A stretch of 64,000 nt of DNA. Source: Pseudobdellovibrionaceae bacterium (lineage in GTDB: Bacteria > Bdellovibrionota > Bdellovibrionia > Bdellovibrionales > UBA1609). This document shows, piece by piece, positions 9,650 to 24,167 of this stretch. Position 1 is the first letter of the stretch. Each line of letters starts with the position of its first letter. The stretch is taken from positions 100,883-164,882 of the forward strand of contig JABJQG010000003.1 in the NCBI GenBank assembly GCA_018663505.1. Reading direction: 5' to 3'. Made by a program: the position numbers and the translations under genes. The notes under the pieces are model-generated. The model made no database searches. It was not told the DNA's origin and saw only the letters and a program-made list of their open reading frames with translations.

Positions 9650-11326
9650 TTATTTGATCGTTACAACTTTAGGATCGTTAACATCTTCAGTTTTTGATCG
9701 TGTTAAAATTAATTGTTGAATAATACCAAAAAGCCCACTCACAAACATATACAGAGTCAGTCCGCTTGGTAGCGAAGCCATTAAAAAACTAAAAAATAAC
9801 GGCATAAACATAAACATCTTCTGTTGTGCCGGCTCCATAGTACTTGGAGTCATTTTTTGTTGAAAAAACATAGTAATACCCATTAGAACAGGTAAAACAA
9901 AATACGGATCCTTAGCACTTAAATCTTGAATCCAAAAAATAAATGGAGCTTGATAAAGATCAATACTTCTACCTAAAACCTGGTATAGAGCAAAAAACAC
10001 AGGAATTTGTAAGAGCATTGGTAGGCATCCACCAACAGGATTTACCTTATGTTGCTTATATAAAGCCATAATTTCAGTGTTTCTTTTTTGAGGGTCGTCT
10101 TTATATTTTTCTCGGATATCCTTCATAATAGGATTTAGTTTAGACATATTTCTCATAGACTTAAAAGAAGATATATTTGTCGGTAACAAGACCATGCGTA
10201 CAAGCATAGTTACCAAAATAATAGAAAAGCCCCAATTACCAACAAAATCATTGAACATCACCAGTAGTTTCAGCAGAAAACTAGCAATATATCCAAAAAA
10301 ACCAAGGTCAATTAAAGATGCAAAATTTTCATCAACATTTGTTAAAAGCTCTATAGATTTTGGTCCCATATATGACACATATTCAATATCAAAATAACTA
10401 TTATCATTAACTCTTGGGAAACTCAAAATACCTGAGATTGTTTGATTGTTAAAATCTGATTTTGATTTTATCTCGGGATATACTTTGGATCGATTAGCAA
10501 TAGCCAATGTGAAGTACTGAGAACCAATTGCGGCGGCGTTCACTTGAGAAAAAGAAACTTCAAGCTTTTCTTCTTTATTTACAATTTCTCTTTCATCTGT
10601 TCCAGCATGAAAGACATAGAAATCTTGAACATCAAACATATTAGCAGATAAGAAGCCGCCTTGTTCCTTTTGTGATATGTTCTCAGAAATATATGTGGTT
10701 ACACCGTTAAATATACCTTTAATATTCTCCACATAAATACTGGTATTCAAAGAATAGTTTTGAGAATCGAGCTTAAGCACCTTTGTAATTTTCATCCCAT
10801 TACTAAGAGCAACACCTTTAATTTCATTGGCAGAAACCTGTTCCATTTTAAAGTGCAATAAATTATTGTAACCCGTTAAATGAGATTCAAATGGCAGAGT
10901 GCCTTTGCTAGCTCCAAAAGCCATGGGTCCTTTTTCACGGTTAAAGTACTGTTTCAAAACTAAGTTTTTAACACCCATTCCTTTTGAAACTACATCAAAA
11001 GTCCACACATCATCATCAACAGAAATTACTTGGTTTAAAGCGATTAAGTCTTTATCTTTAGTCTCTGATTTTACAGCATCACTTTCTCCATAACTGCTCT
11101 GTGCTATTTTATCAGTTTCCTGGGTAGCTGTTATTTTGTTGTTAGGCTCAATAGCTTTGTTAGCAACAGAAGCTTCCTCCGAAACAACAGCTTGTTCTTT
11201 TTCAAACTGATTGGGGTATTTTTCCTTCATCCAAGTGCTCCAGCCGAGAAAAATAACAATAGACAATATAACGGCAGTAAGAGTTTTTGGATCCATAAAA
11301 GAATTTTGCTGTTTATTTTGATTCAT
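9650..11326 (-). CDS. yidC: Membrane protein insertase YidC
   Basis: [46 protein letters not shown]. Confidence 0.97.
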   Translation of the reverse strand: MNQNKQQNSFMDPKTLTAVILSIVIFLGWSTWMKEKYPNQFEKEQAVVSEEASVANKAIEPNNKITATQETDKIAQSSYGESDAVKSETKDKDLIALNQVISVDDDVWTFDVVSKGMGVKNLVLKQYFNREKGPMAFGASKGTLPFESHLTGYNNLLHFKMEQVSANEIKGVALSNGMKITKVLKLDSQNYSLNTSIYVENIKGIFNGVTTYISENISQKEQGGFLSANMFDVQDFYVFHAGTDEREIVNKEEKLEVSFSQVNAAAIGSQYFTLAIANRSKVYPEIKSKSDFNNQTISGILSFPRVNDNSYFDIEYVSYMGPKSIELLTNVDENFASLIDLGFFGYIASFLLKLLVMFNDFVGNWGFSIILVTMLVRMVLLPTNISSFKSMRNMSKLNPIMKDIREKYKDDPQKRNTEIMALYKQHKVNPVGGCLPMLLQIPVFFALYQVLGRSIDLYQAPFIFWIQDLSAKDPYFVLPVLMGITMFFQQKMTPSTMEPAQQKMFMFMPLFFSFLMASLPSGLTLYMFVSGLFGIIQQLILTRSKTEDVNDPKVVTIK

Positions 11327-11579
11327 TAGTTTTAAGCCTTTCATAATTTAAAGGAACAGGGTCAAATCCCTTAGAGCCAAGAGGATGGCATTTACAAACA
11401 CGAAAAAAAGTTAACCTAAATGCTTTCATAGGTTTATGAGTTTTAAATGCCTCTAAACCATAGGCAGAACAAGAAGGGTAAAAGCGACAACTTCCTCCAA
11501 ATATTCCAGAAAATAATACTCTGTATGTATGAATTAAAAAAAGAAAAATGCTTGTAAAGAAATCAGAGATGATCTTCAT
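11313..11579 (-). CDS. yidD: Membrane protein insertion efficiency factor YidD
   Basis: [10 protein letters not shown]...KCHP...GFDPVP; start moved to ATG of MKIIS. Confidence 0.93.
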   Translation of the reverse strand: MKIISDFFTSIFLFLIHTYRVLFSGIFGGSCRFYPSCSAYGLEAFKTHKPMKAFRLTFFRVCKCHPLGSKGFDPVPLNYERLKTNESK

Positions 11580-11583
11580 TTCT

Positions 11584-11958
11584 TCAATTTTGAATTTTTT
11601 TAATCTTTCTAAGACCATTTAGTACAGCTCTTTCAAATTCTTCAAATTTAACATCTTGATAAAAACTAGCATTCTTTTTCCTGAGGATTAAATTTAAGCT
11701 GTAATGTTTTTCGCTTAATTTTAAAGTCATTTGCTTTTTGTTTTCAAGAATTTCTCTGAGCCAACGCTTGAATTTGTTTCTTAAAACAGCATTTCCAACA
11801 TATTTTGGAACAGTCCAGCCTAATTTATGAAACTTTTCCTCGTGATTGAGAACTTTAAATATCAACCAGTGTGACCCAAAGACCGTTTGCCCGCGTGTGG
11901 ACAACAATGCGAAGTCATTTTTACTTCGCAAGCGATAGATCTTCTTATTTTCCACCAA
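11584..11958 (-). CDS. rnpA: Ribonuclease P protein component
   Basis: RLRSKNDF and [18 protein letters not shown] (RNR motif); follows rpmH. Confidence 0.92.
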   Translation of the reverse strand: MVENKKIYRLRSKNDFALLSTRGQTVFGSHWLIFKVLNHEEKFHKLGWTVPKYVGNAVLRNKFKRWLREILENKKQMTLKLSEKHYSLNLILRKKNASFYQDVKFEEFERAVLNGLRKIKKIQN

Positions 11959-12094
11959 TAGTAACTGCTAATCTTTTACGTCCTTTTGTTCTACGACGAG
12001 ATAGAACCTGCTGCCCATCTTTCGTAGACATTCTTAAACGAAAGCCATGAGTTGTTTTACGTTTTTTGCGACTTGGTTGAAATGTTCTTTTCAT
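11945..12094 (-). CDS. rpmH: 50S ribosomal protein L34
   Basis: Not in the ORF track. Reads [49 protein letters not shown] (49 aa). Confidence 0.97.
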   Translation of the reverse strand: MKRTFQPSRKKRKTTHGFRLRMSTKDGQQVLSRRRTKGRKRLAVTIGGK

Positions 12095-12194
12095 TTTTTA
12101 CTCCGAGATCAATTAACGACATATTACGTCTTTATAATGTATATTTATTTTCTGAAGAAAGATAAAAACATAAATACGCGGTTGAGTCAAGGTG

Positions 12195-12223
12195 TTGAAA
12201 TATTTACTTCACCATGCTAAAGG
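12195..12223 (+). promoter_or_regulatory. Putative sigma70 promoter of dnaA
   Basis: TTGAAA-N17-TAAAGG with TG at the extended -10 position. Confidence 0.35.
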
Positions 12224-12307
12224 GTGTTCTAGGGGATTGTGTATTCTTTGTAAGCTTAAAAATTATACCTAATTTACTATTAACTTATAACTCATTTTGA
12301 GGTCTAT

Positions 12308-13768
12308 GTGAATACCGATAATCACAAACAAAACCAGCTGTTTTGGTCTCACATTAAAAGTGCTTTAAAACAGAAAAACTCCGCAAATAAGCCTCTACAG
12401 ATGTGGTTTGAGCCCACAGAACTCATGTCCGTAATAGATAAGGGGAGCTCGCGCTGCTTTCAAATTGGCGTTCCAACAGAATTGCATAAATATTGGATAT
12501 CACAAAACTTATTAGATAGAATTTGCTCTGAAATATCTTCTATTTATGAATCCTCCTTTGAAGTTGAGCTTATAGTTACTCAAAGTGAATCTGAGTACGG
12601 TTCCCCCCCAATCCCAGATCAAAATAGTCCAGAAATGATTATTCAGCCGCCTACGCAGACTACTGATCAAGGGCCAGGTTTGAGTACTCATATGGTTACT
12701 CAGCACTCCATGGCTGATACAAAAAAAGTTAATAATTACGCAGGTTTAAACAGTAATTATGTGTTTTCTAGTTTTGTAGTTGGTAGAAACAATGAGTTTG
12801 CTCATGCCGCCTCGTTTAGTATTTCAGAAAGCCCTGGTTTAGCTAGTTACAACCCTCTATTTATTTGTGGCCCAACAGGTATGGGAAAAACTCATTTACT
12901 CAATGCCGTGGGAAACCATATTATTGAAAAAGACCCTAATTTAAAGGTCTTATACCTTTCTGCGGAACGATTTTTAAACGAATGTGTCTCTAGTATAAGA
13001 AGACAAGAAATGGATAAATTTCGGATTAAATACCGTACAAAGTGTGATGTTTTACTGATGGATGATATTCAAGTATTAGGGCGTGGTGAAGCTGTTCAAG
13101 AGGAGTTTTTCCATACTTTAAATGATTTTTTCGACAAAGGACAACAGGTTGTTGTGGCTAGCGATAGAATGCCTAAAGATATCAATGGTTTGGAAGATCG
13201 AATCCGAACTCGCTTGGAATGGGGTCTTATTGCGGATATTCAAATGCCTGAATTAGAAACAAGAATGGCCATTTTAAAGTATAAAGCTGAACAAAAACAA
13301 ATGAATTTATCCTCTGAAGTAGTCAACTATATTGCGCGAATTTCAAAAAGGTCAATTCGTGAACTTGAGGGAAATTTAAATAAAGTCAAAATGTTCTCGG
13401 AGCTCCAAGGATTTAATATCACTATTGATTTGGTAAAAAAGGTTCTAGCTGTCCATGGCGAAACGGAAACCATCTCTTTAGAAGAGATTCAGCAAATCAC
13501 AGCAAAGCACTTTGGTGTTAGAATGGTGGATTTAAAATCTAAAAACAGGTCAAAGCCCCTGGTCATAGCAAGGCAGGTTTCCATGTATTTGATTAAAAAA
13601 CATCTAGATAAATCACTTGTAGATATTGGTCGGTCTTTCGGTGGAAGAGATCATACCACCGTTATTAACGCACTTCGTAAAATAGAAGCAAAACAGTCAT
13701 CAGATTTAGAATTAAAGAGAGATATCGATGAGTTAACAACTAGAATCCACAATGTCACAGGCGTGTGA
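12308..13768 (+). CDS. dnaA: Chromosomal replication initiator DnaA
   Basis: YNPLFICGPTGMGKTHLL, QEEFFHTLN, IRELEG, FGGRDHTTV. Confidence 0.99.
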   Translation: MNTDNHKQNQLFWSHIKSALKQKNSANKPLQMWFEPTELMSVIDKGSSRCFQIGVPTELHKYWISQNLLDRICSEISSIYESSFEVELIVTQSESEYGSPPIPDQNSPEMIIQPPTQTTDQGPGLSTHMVTQHSMADTKKVNNYAGLNSNYVFSSFVVGRNNEFAHAASFSISESPGLASYNPLFICGPTGMGKTHLLNAVGNHIIEKDPNLKVLYLSAERFLNECVSSIRRQEMDKFRIKYRTKCDVLLMDDIQVLGRGEAVQEEFFHTLNDFFDKGQQVVVASDRMPKDINGLEDRIRTRLEWGLIADIQMPELETRMAILKYKAEQKQMNLSSEVVNYIARISKRSIRELEGNLNKVKMFSELQGFNITIDLVKKVLAVHGETETISLEEIQQITAKHFGVRMVDLKSKNRSKPLVIARQVSMYLIKKHLDKSLVDIGRSFGGRDHTTVINALRKIEAKQSSDLELKRDIDELTTRIHNVTGV

Positions 13769-13980
13769 ATGTGTACTGTGGATAAGTGCGTGGATAACGC
13801 TGTTACTAAAAATGTGGGGATAGTTAACCACATTTTTTAAGTTGTTTTTGCTTAATAATAGGGTTATTTATCCACAAGAAAAATTTAATTATATTAAGGG
13901 GTTGAGGGTCAAATCGAAATATCAACGCCCCTACTACTACTACTTATTTAATAATATATATATAAGTATAAATAAGGGGA
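13769..13980. other. Replication origin oriC
   Basis: DnaA boxes TGTGGATAA 13777-13785, CGTGGATAA 13789-13797, TTAACCACA 13824-13832 and TTATCCACA 13868-13876; GCCC followed by (CTA)4 DnaA-trios from 13931; AT-rich tract to ~13975; gene orientation diverges nearby. Confidence 0.92.
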
Positions 13981-15105
13981 ATGAAAATGAAGATTAAAGT
14001 TCAAAAAAAGGATCTAGGAATACTTTTAACTAGAGCACAAAATATTGTAGAAAAAAGAAACAATATGCCTGTTCTAATAAATATTTTAATGGAAACTAAA
14101 AACAATGAACTAAAAATATTTGCAACAGATCTTGAAGTTAGCCTTATAGATAAAACAAAAGTTATTACAGAAAAAGAGGGTCAAGTTGTTGTCAACGCAA
14201 AAAGCTTATTCGACTTAATCAAAGAGTTAGACGATGGTGAGATTCAATTAGAAAAACAATCCAACAGCTGGTTAAAAATTAAACAGGGGAAGTCTGTATT
14301 TAATATCGTTGGTATTAAAATTGAAGAATATCCAATTTTTCCAAAGTACACCACAAAACAGTTTACAAAAGTGGAGTCAGGTTCCTTTTTGGAAATGATT
14401 GATAAAACACTCTATGGAGTTTCTACAGATGAAACAAGGCATCACTTAAACGGTGTGTACTTTGAAAATAACTTAAGTAAACAGAATAAAGTTTTTAGAA
14501 TGGTAGCAACAGATGGCCACCGTCTTTGTATGGTAGACAGAGATCCTGATATTAAAAATGAAGAACCAAAGTCAGGAGTTATTATTCCTAAAAAAGGATT
14601 GAATGAAATTAGAAAACTATTAGAAACCATAGACGGAGAATTTGAAATTGCTATAGAAGGTGCCCAGCTAATAGTAAAACATGAGCCCACAACTTTAATG
14701 ATTAGACTCATAGATGGAGTTTATCCAGATTATACACAACTTATTCCACAAAATTTAAACGAAAATATAAAAATTGAAAAAGAAAAATTAATGTCAATTT
14801 TAAAAAGAGTTTCACTTTTATCAAACCAAAAATCCAAAGGTGTAACATTGAATATTAACAAAGGAAAATTGGAAATAACTTCATACAATCCTGAATTGGG
14901 AGACGCACAAGAAGAAATTCCGGTGAACTACAGTGGCGACCCAATTAAGATAGGATTTAATGCAAAATATATTTTAGATGTACTTAGTTCAATTAAAGAA
15001 GAAAAAGAAATTGTTCTTTCTGTTAAGGATAATGTTTCTCCAGGGATCATTCAGCCTGAAGGTGATAAAAGATATAAATGTGTAATTATGCCTATGCGTA
15101 TGTAA
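13981..15105 (+). CDS. dnaN: DNA polymerase III beta sliding clamp
   Basis: ATDLEV, VATDGHRL, IGFNAKY, VIMPMRM. Confidence 0.98.
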   Translation: MKMKIKVQKKDLGILLTRAQNIVEKRNNMPVLINILMETKNNELKIFATDLEVSLIDKTKVITEKEGQVVVNAKSLFDLIKELDDGEIQLEKQSNSWLKIKQGKSVFNIVGIKIEEYPIFPKYTTKQFTKVESGSFLEMIDKTLYGVSTDETRHHLNGVYFENNLSKQNKVFRMVATDGHRLCMVDRDPDIKNEEPKSGVIIPKKGLNEIRKLLETIDGEFEIAIEGAQLIVKHEPTTLMIRLIDGVYPDYTQLIPQNLNENIKIEKEKLMSILKRVSLLSNQKSKGVTLNINKGKLEITSYNPELGDAQEEIPVNYSGDPIKIGFNAKYILDVLSSIKEEKEIVLSVKDNVSPGIIQPEGDKRYKCVIMPMRM

Positions 15106-15137
15106 TTGAATAATTTTATGTGGATAAAGTTGTTACT

Positions 15138-18732
<3,595 letters not shown>

Positions 18733-18751
18733 TATTTAAAGGTAGTCATAA

Positions 18752-21208
18752 ATGGAAAATACACCAACACAAGATAATATTACTAAAATTGATATCAATC
18801 GTGAAATGAGAGATGCTTATCTACAATACTCTATGAGTGTTATTGTTGGACGAGCGTTACCAGATGTTCGAGATGGATTAAAACCAGTTCATCGTCGTAT
18901 TTTGTTTGCTATGCACGAATTAAATAATACATACAGTAAGCCCTATAAAAAATCAGCCCGTATTGTTGGGGATGTAATAGGAAAGTATCATCCACACGGG
19001 GATACAGCTGTTTATGACACCATGGTCAGAATGGCACAGGATTTTTCTTTAAGATATCCATTAGTGGATGGGCAGGGAAACTTTGGTTCTATAGATGGAG
19101 ATTCGCCAGCGGCACAACGTTATACTGAAGTTAGAATGACCAAGCTATCAGATGAAATTCTGGAAGATATAGAAAAAGAAACAGTTCCTTTTCAACCTAA
19201 CTATGATGATTCTCTTTTAATTCCATCTGTATTACCATCTAAATATCCAAATTTGTTAGCCAATGGTTCCTCTGGGATTGCAGTTGGAATGGCCACAAAT
19301 ATTCCTCCACATAATCTAGATGAGCTAATTGAAGGGACTATTGCATTAATTGAAAATTCAGAATTAACCATTGATGAGTTAATGACACATATAAAAGGGC
19401 CAGATTTCCCAACCGCAGGGATAATATCTGGGACTAGTGGTATTAATTCTGCCTTTAAAAAAGGTCGCGGAATTATAACTGTTAAAGCAGTAACCGAAAT
19501 TGTTCCATTTAAAGATCGTGAACAAATTATTATTACAGAGCTACCTTACCAAGTAAATAAAGCCAAACTTATTGAGTCCATTGCAAATCTTGTTAAAGAT
19601 AAAAAAGTAGAAGGTATTTCAGACATTAGAGATGAATCTTCACGAGAAGGCATGCGCGCAGTAATTACTTTAAAAAGAAATGAACATGCACAGGTTATTT
19701 TAAATAGGCTTTATAAATACACTCAATTGCAAGTGAGTTTTGGTATTATAATGTTGGCGCTAGATTCTAAAAACAGACCCAAAGTATTTAATTTAAAAGA
19801 AATGCTTCAAGCTTTTGTGGATCATAGAAAAGATGTAGTTACTAAAAGATGTATTTTTGAATTAAAAAAAGCTGAAGCAAGGGCACATATTTTAGAGGGG
19901 CTTAAAAAAGCCTTAAGTCAAATTGATGAAATAATAAAAACAATTAAATCCTCAAAAGAAGCTTCAGTAGCAAAATCAGCTCTTCAAAATGAATTTGGAT
20001 TTTCCGAAATTCAATCACAAGCCATTTTAGATATGAAACTTCAAAGGCTAACTGGTTTAGAACAACAGAAAATCGAAAAAGAATATCAAGAACTTCTTAA
20101 AAAAGTAGACTGGTTAAAGATGGTTCTTGGGGATATCAAAGAAATTTATAAAATTATAAAAGAAGAGCTTATTGAAATTAAAGCTAAATTTAAATCACCT
20201 CGGAAAACAAGGATTGAGCCTAGAGAAGAAGAAGCTCACGATGAAGACCTAGTGGCTTTAGAGGAATCTATAGTCGTTATGACAAAAAATGGATCGATTA
20301 AGCGTATTTCTACCGAAGAATATAGTGTACAAAAACGCGGAGGCAAAGGAGTAAAAGGATCTGTTAAGGACAGTAGTGATGATTATGTTTGGAAAGTTAT
20401 TTATGCAGATACTTTGACGAATCTTCTTTGTTTTTCTGATAGAGGTAAGGTGTATTGGTCGAAAGTTTACAAACTTCCTTTAGGCACAAGAACATCAAAA
20501 GGGAAATCTATAAAAAATGTGATAAATCTTTCTTCAAATGAAGAAACAAAAGCAATTTTACCAGTTAAAGATTTTAATCCAAATGAGTTTGTTGTTTTAG
20601 TTACTGAAAAGGGAACAATTAAAAAAACAGACTTAGAGAAATTTTCTTCACCTAGAGAAAATGGAATTATAGCTCTAACAACAACTCTTGATGACAACTT
20701 GATACAAGCAAAATTATCTTCAGGAACTAGTGACATATTTCTTGCAACGCAAGAAGGTATGTCTATACGTTTCAATGAAACACAGGTCCGCCCAATGGGT
20801 CGATCTGCAAAAGGCGTTAAAGGTATTACCATTGGTAAAAATGACAAAGTCATTGGCATGTCAGTTATTCCAAAAGAAAGTGATGCAACAGTCGTGATCA
20901 TTACCGAAGGTGGATTTGGTAAAAGAACAAATGTCTCTGAATACAGAGCGCAAACACGCGGTGGTGTTGGAATAATAACTCAAAAGGTAAACGATAAAGT
21001 TGGAAAACTAGTTGCAGCAAATGTGGTTAGTGGAACAGAACAAATATTAATAACTACTAATAATGGCCAGGCTATTAGAATGAAATGCAGTGACATTTCT
21101 ACAGTAGGCAGAAATACATTAGGAGTTAAAGTTATTAATTTAAAAGAAGGTGAACGTGTTACTGGAGTTGCCATTTTAGATGCAGAGGTAGATGAAACTC
21201 AAGAATAG
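18752..21208 (+). CDS. gyrA: DNA gyrase subunit A
   Basis: YHPHGD, AAQRYTE catalytic Tyr, GyrA-box QKRGGKG. Confidence 0.98.
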   Translation: MENTPTQDNITKIDINREMRDAYLQYSMSVIVGRALPDVRDGLKPVHRRILFAMHELNNTYSKPYKKSARIVGDVIGKYHPHGDTAVYDTMVRMAQDFSLRYPLVDGQGNFGSIDGDSPAAQRYTEVRMTKLSDEILEDIEKETVPFQPNYDDSLLIPSVLPSKYPNLLANGSSGIAVGMATNIPPHNLDELIEGTIALIENSELTIDELMTHIKGPDFPTAGIISGTSGINSAFKKGRGIITVKAVTEIVPFKDREQIIITELPYQVNKAKLIESIANLVKDKKVEGISDIRDESSREGMRAVITLKRNEHAQVILNRLYKYTQLQVSFGIIMLALDSKNRPKVFNLKEMLQAFVDHRKDVVTKRCIFELKKAEARAHILEGLKKALSQIDEIIKTIKSSKEASVAKSALQNEFGFSEIQSQAILDMKLQRLTGLEQQKIEKEYQELLKKVDWLKMVLGDIKEIYKIIKEELIEIKAKFKSPRKTRIEPREEEAHDEDLVALEESIVVMTKNGSIKRISTEEYSVQKRGGKGVKGSVKDSSDDYVWKVIYADTLTNLLCFSDRGKVYWSKVYKLPLGTRTSKGKSIKNVINLSSNEETKAILPVKDFNPNEFVVLVTEKGTIKKTDLEKFSSPRENGIIALTTTLDDNLIQAKLSSGTSDIFLATQEGMSIRFNETQVRPMGRSAKGVKGITIGKNDKVIGMSVIPKESDATVVIITEGGFGKRTNVSEYRAQTRGGVGIITQKVNDKVGKLVAANVVSGTEQILITTNNGQAIRMKCSDISTVGRNTLGVKVINLKEGERVTGVAILDAEVDETQE

Positions 21209-22001
21209 TTACCTGATATTAATATACTGTTTAGTTGGAGTTTCATGTTCTCTTGAAAGCGATATTCTTTCTTTTAATAAGGCAGAAGAAGCATATCAAC
21301 AAAAATTATTTAAAAAATCAGTAAGAAATTATGAAAATGTAATTAAATTAGATCCTCGGTCTAAGAGAGCAATAATTTCTGCAAAAAAAGCAGTAAGAAT
21401 ATTACATTTTGATTTATTGGATTTTGAAAAAGCCACGCAGCTATATGAGTACTTAATTTTAAATTCTAAGGAAAAAGAAGAAGTTCGAGTTTATCAAACT
21501 CATATAGCTTCGATTTTTTATGATAAGCTTCAAAATTACAATCGCAGTATTAATGAGTTCAATAAATTGTTAAAAATTGAAAAAAATACGGATGTTCAAA
21601 ATGATATAAGACTCAAAATTGTAAAATCTTATTTTAATTTGAATAAGTTTTATCAGGCACAAATTGAAATTGAAAAGTTATTAAAACAAAAGATACCTGA
21701 TACATTTAGATTTCAAGTGTTAAATTATAGAGCAAATATACACCTTACTACAAAGGAATACCAAAAAGCTTCAGTAATTCTTAAAAAATTACTATCTGAT
21801 TTTCCAAATGAAAAGGAGCGTCAAAATATCGGGATATCCTTAGCACTTTGTTACGAAGAATTAGAAGATTTAGATCAATCCATTGAAATTTTAAATGGTA
21901 TTAAAGAAGATTATGCCAGCCCGGATTTTATTGAGCTTAAAATAAAGAGATTAATGGAGCGAAAGAAAAATCTTCCCGGTGCGAGAGGATTTTTAAGGTA
22001 A
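21192..22001 (+). CDS. TPR-repeat lipoprotein
   Basis: Lipobox-like VGVSC; tandem TPR-like helical repeats. Confidence 0.8.
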   Translation: MKLKNSYLILIYCLVGVSCSLESDILSFNKAEEAYQQKLFKKSVRNYENVIKLDPRSKRAIISAKKAVRILHFDLLDFEKATQLYEYLILNSKEKEEVRVYQTHIASIFYDKLQNYNRSINEFNKLLKIEKNTDVQNDIRLKIVKSYFNLNKFYQAQIEIEKLLKQKIPDTFRFQVLNYRANIHLTTKEYQKASVILKKLLSDFPNEKERQNIGISLALCYEELEDLDQSIEILNGIKEDYASPDFIELKIKRLMERKKNLPGARGFLR

Positions 22002-22005
22002 TCAG

Positions 22006-22245
22006 ATGGGTGAAAAGAGTGGTTTTGTCTTTATTGGCTTAGGATTTGAACTTTTAGTATTGGTTTTAGGTGGCCTTTACATTGGAGAAAAAGTTGACCA
22101 AATATATGATCTAGGTGGTTATGGTGTACTAATAGTTCTTGCAGCTTGTCTAATTAGTTGGACAGTTCATTTTGTTTTTCTAATTAAAAAATTTATGGCT
22201 GATGCAGAGGAATTCGAAAAGAATAATTTTAATGACGAAGAGTAA
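22006..22245 (+). CDS. AtpZ/AtpI-family small membrane protein
   Basis: Two TM helices, GLYIGEKVD resembling the GxxxGxxLD motif; upstream of atpB. Confidence 0.7.
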   Translation: MGEKSGFVFIGLGFELLVLVLGGLYIGEKVDQIYDLGGYGVLIVLAACLISWTVHFVFLIKKFMADAEEFEKNNFNDEE

Positions 22246-22606
22246 AGTCAAAGTTCCATATTTGTTGGTGAAGTGTCAATTTGCAGTTAGCGTAGTTTTT
22301 GTAGCATTCTACTTATTTACTTACGCGCCGCAACACATGCTGGTTTCATTAATTTATGGATTAACTATAGTTAATATGTACATATTTACTTTTCACTGGG
22401 CATTAATTCGACTTATAAATAAAAAAAAGATTGCCTTAGCAATGCTAGCCATTGTATTTAAGTGGTCGATTTTATGGTTAATTTTAAGAGAATTTTTAAA
22501 GAATACAAATCATGATTTTGTTTCATTATCGATAGGTTTAAGTTCGATTTTTGTTACAGCCATCGTGTATTTGATTTCTTTTAAATTATTCGAAGAGAAA
22601 GTGTAA
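22232..22606 (+). CDS. atpI: ATP synthase protein I-like
   Basis: Four hydrophobic segments; immediately upstream of atpB. Confidence 0.7.
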   Translation: MTKSKVKVPYLLVKCQFAVSVVFVAFYLFTYAPQHMLVSLIYGLTIVNMYIFTFHWALIRLINKKKIALAMLAIVFKWSILWLILREFLKNTNHDFVSLSIGLSSIFVTAIVYLISFKLFEEKV

Positions 22607-22609
22607 ATT

Positions 22610-23296
22610 ATGCATTTTAATTGGACGCAGTTAATACCAGGGGTAACCCACTCGAATGTACATGTGGCCACGGCCTTGCTGGCTTCATTTGTAATAATTG
22701 TACTATCATTCACTGCTAAATTAGCCTTAGGTAACGGCCAGAAGGCAGTAACTCCTTCAGATAGGTTGTCTATCAAAGGCTTCTTCGAACTCATCATAGA
22801 GTTTATTATCGACGTATCTGTGATGGTATGTGGTGAAAGTGGTAGGAAGTTTGCACCAATATTTGCAAGTATCTTCTTTTTTATACTTTTAAATAATTAT
22901 ATGGGCGTCTTACCAGGTATGACTCCAGCTACTGATAATATAAATACTACAGTTGCCGTTGGTTTGTTTTCTTTTCTAGCATATAACTATATGGGCTTTA
23001 AGGAACATGGCATTTCATATCTTAAACAATTTCTTGGTCCTTTACTTTTAATCGCGCCTTTAATGTTAGTTATTGAGTTAATATCCCATCTTGTTCGGCC
23101 AATTAGTTTAGGTTTAAGGCTTCAGGGAAATATGGTTGGTGACCATGCAGTGCTTGGCGTGTTTTTAAATTTGGTGCCCTATTTTGTACCCGCAATATTT
23201 TATTTGTTAGGATTTTTTGTCTGCTTTATGCAGGCTTTTGTATTTACAATGTTAACCATGATTTATGTATCTATGGCTGTGTCCCATGATCACTAA
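22610..23296 (+). CDS. atpB: ATP synthase F0 subunit a
   Basis: RPISLGLRLQGNM with the essential Arg; MQAFVFTMLTMIY. Confidence 0.97.
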   Translation: MHFNWTQLIPGVTHSNVHVATALLASFVIIVLSFTAKLALGNGQKAVTPSDRLSIKGFFELIIEFIIDVSVMVCGESGRKFAPIFASIFFFILLNNYMGVLPGMTPATDNINTTVAVGLFSFLAYNYMGFKEHGISYLKQFLGPLLLIAPLMLVIELISHLVRPISLGLRLQGNMVGDHAVLGVFLNLVPYFVPAIFYLLGFFVCFMQAFVFTMLTMIYVSMAVSHDH

Positions 23297-23308
23297 AGGA
23301 GAAAATAA

Positions 23309-23611
23309 ATGAAGAAAAAAATACTATTCAGTATCGTAACATTATTAGCAACAGTTCCTGCATTTGCAGAAGGAGCCGCAGCTTCAGGTGACGGTGACGG
23401 AATGAGATATATGGCAGCTGCTATTGCCATTGCTGTTGCTGCTTTGGGTGGAGCTTTAGGCCAAGGTCGAATTGGTGCTGCTGCAGTTGAAGGTATAGCA
23501 AGAAATCCACAGTCTCAAAAATCTATGTTTGTATCTATGATTTTAGGTCTAGTCTTAATTGAATCACTAGTTATCTATGCTCTAGTTGTTGCACTAAAAA
23601 TTGCTGGATAA
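23309..23611 (+). CDS. atpE: ATP synthase F0 subunit c with N-terminal signal-like extension
   Basis: GGALGQG, ARNP loop, LIESLVIY; GGAG RBS. Confidence 0.96.
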   Translation: MKKKILFSIVTLLATVPAFAEGAAASGDGDGMRYMAAAIAIAVAALGGALGQGRIGAAAVEGIARNPQSQKSMFVSMILGLVLIESLVIYALVVALKIAG

Positions 23612-23624
23612 ACTAATTGGAAAA

Positions 23625-23660
23625 AATAAAAAAGGCACTCATAACAGTGCCTTTTTTATT
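23625..23660 (+). terminator. Intrinsic terminator after atpE
   Basis: AATAAAAAAGGCACT-loop-AGTGCCTTTTTTATT. Confidence 0.88.
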
Positions 23661-24119
23661 AGAGTTGTATAGAGAAAAACATTTTATGTTTTAGTTCACA
23701 AAACTACACCATTTTTAAAAAAAGTTTTCAGTGGTTTATTTTGTTAAGTAAATTTGTAATAAAATAAACAATAATTTTATCTTTGTTTCACAATTAATTC
23801 TTATAGTACATTTATTAGTAATTTTAGGATGGTTTTAAAAACAAAGAAATTGATTACAATTATTTTTCAGGGAAATACCCGTTTAAAAAAAGACTAGAAG
23901 TGCACTGCCAGCTTAATTAAATTTACAATTAGTTTCAAAATGAGATTTTTTAAAAATTAAAAAATATTTAGAAAATACTTATCTAATTTAATTGCATTAT
24001 TAGTTTAAATAAACACAGTGATTTCAGTAATTTTTTGAGTATTGCAATATTGTAAAGTTTTCTTTTCAAAGATTGTCTCATTAAAATACAAGTTTAAAAA
24101 TCTAAAGATAGGTTAAGTC

Positions 24120-24146
24120 TAAGTTTTTACAGGCAAATTCCGATAG
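24120..24146 (+). promoter_or_regulatory. Putative sigma28 (FliA) promoter
   Basis: TAAG-N15-TCCGATAG versus consensus TAAA-N15-GCCGATAA; 21 bp before the ATG. Confidence 0.55.
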
Positions 24147-24167
24147 TTAAACGAGGAATTTAGTATA

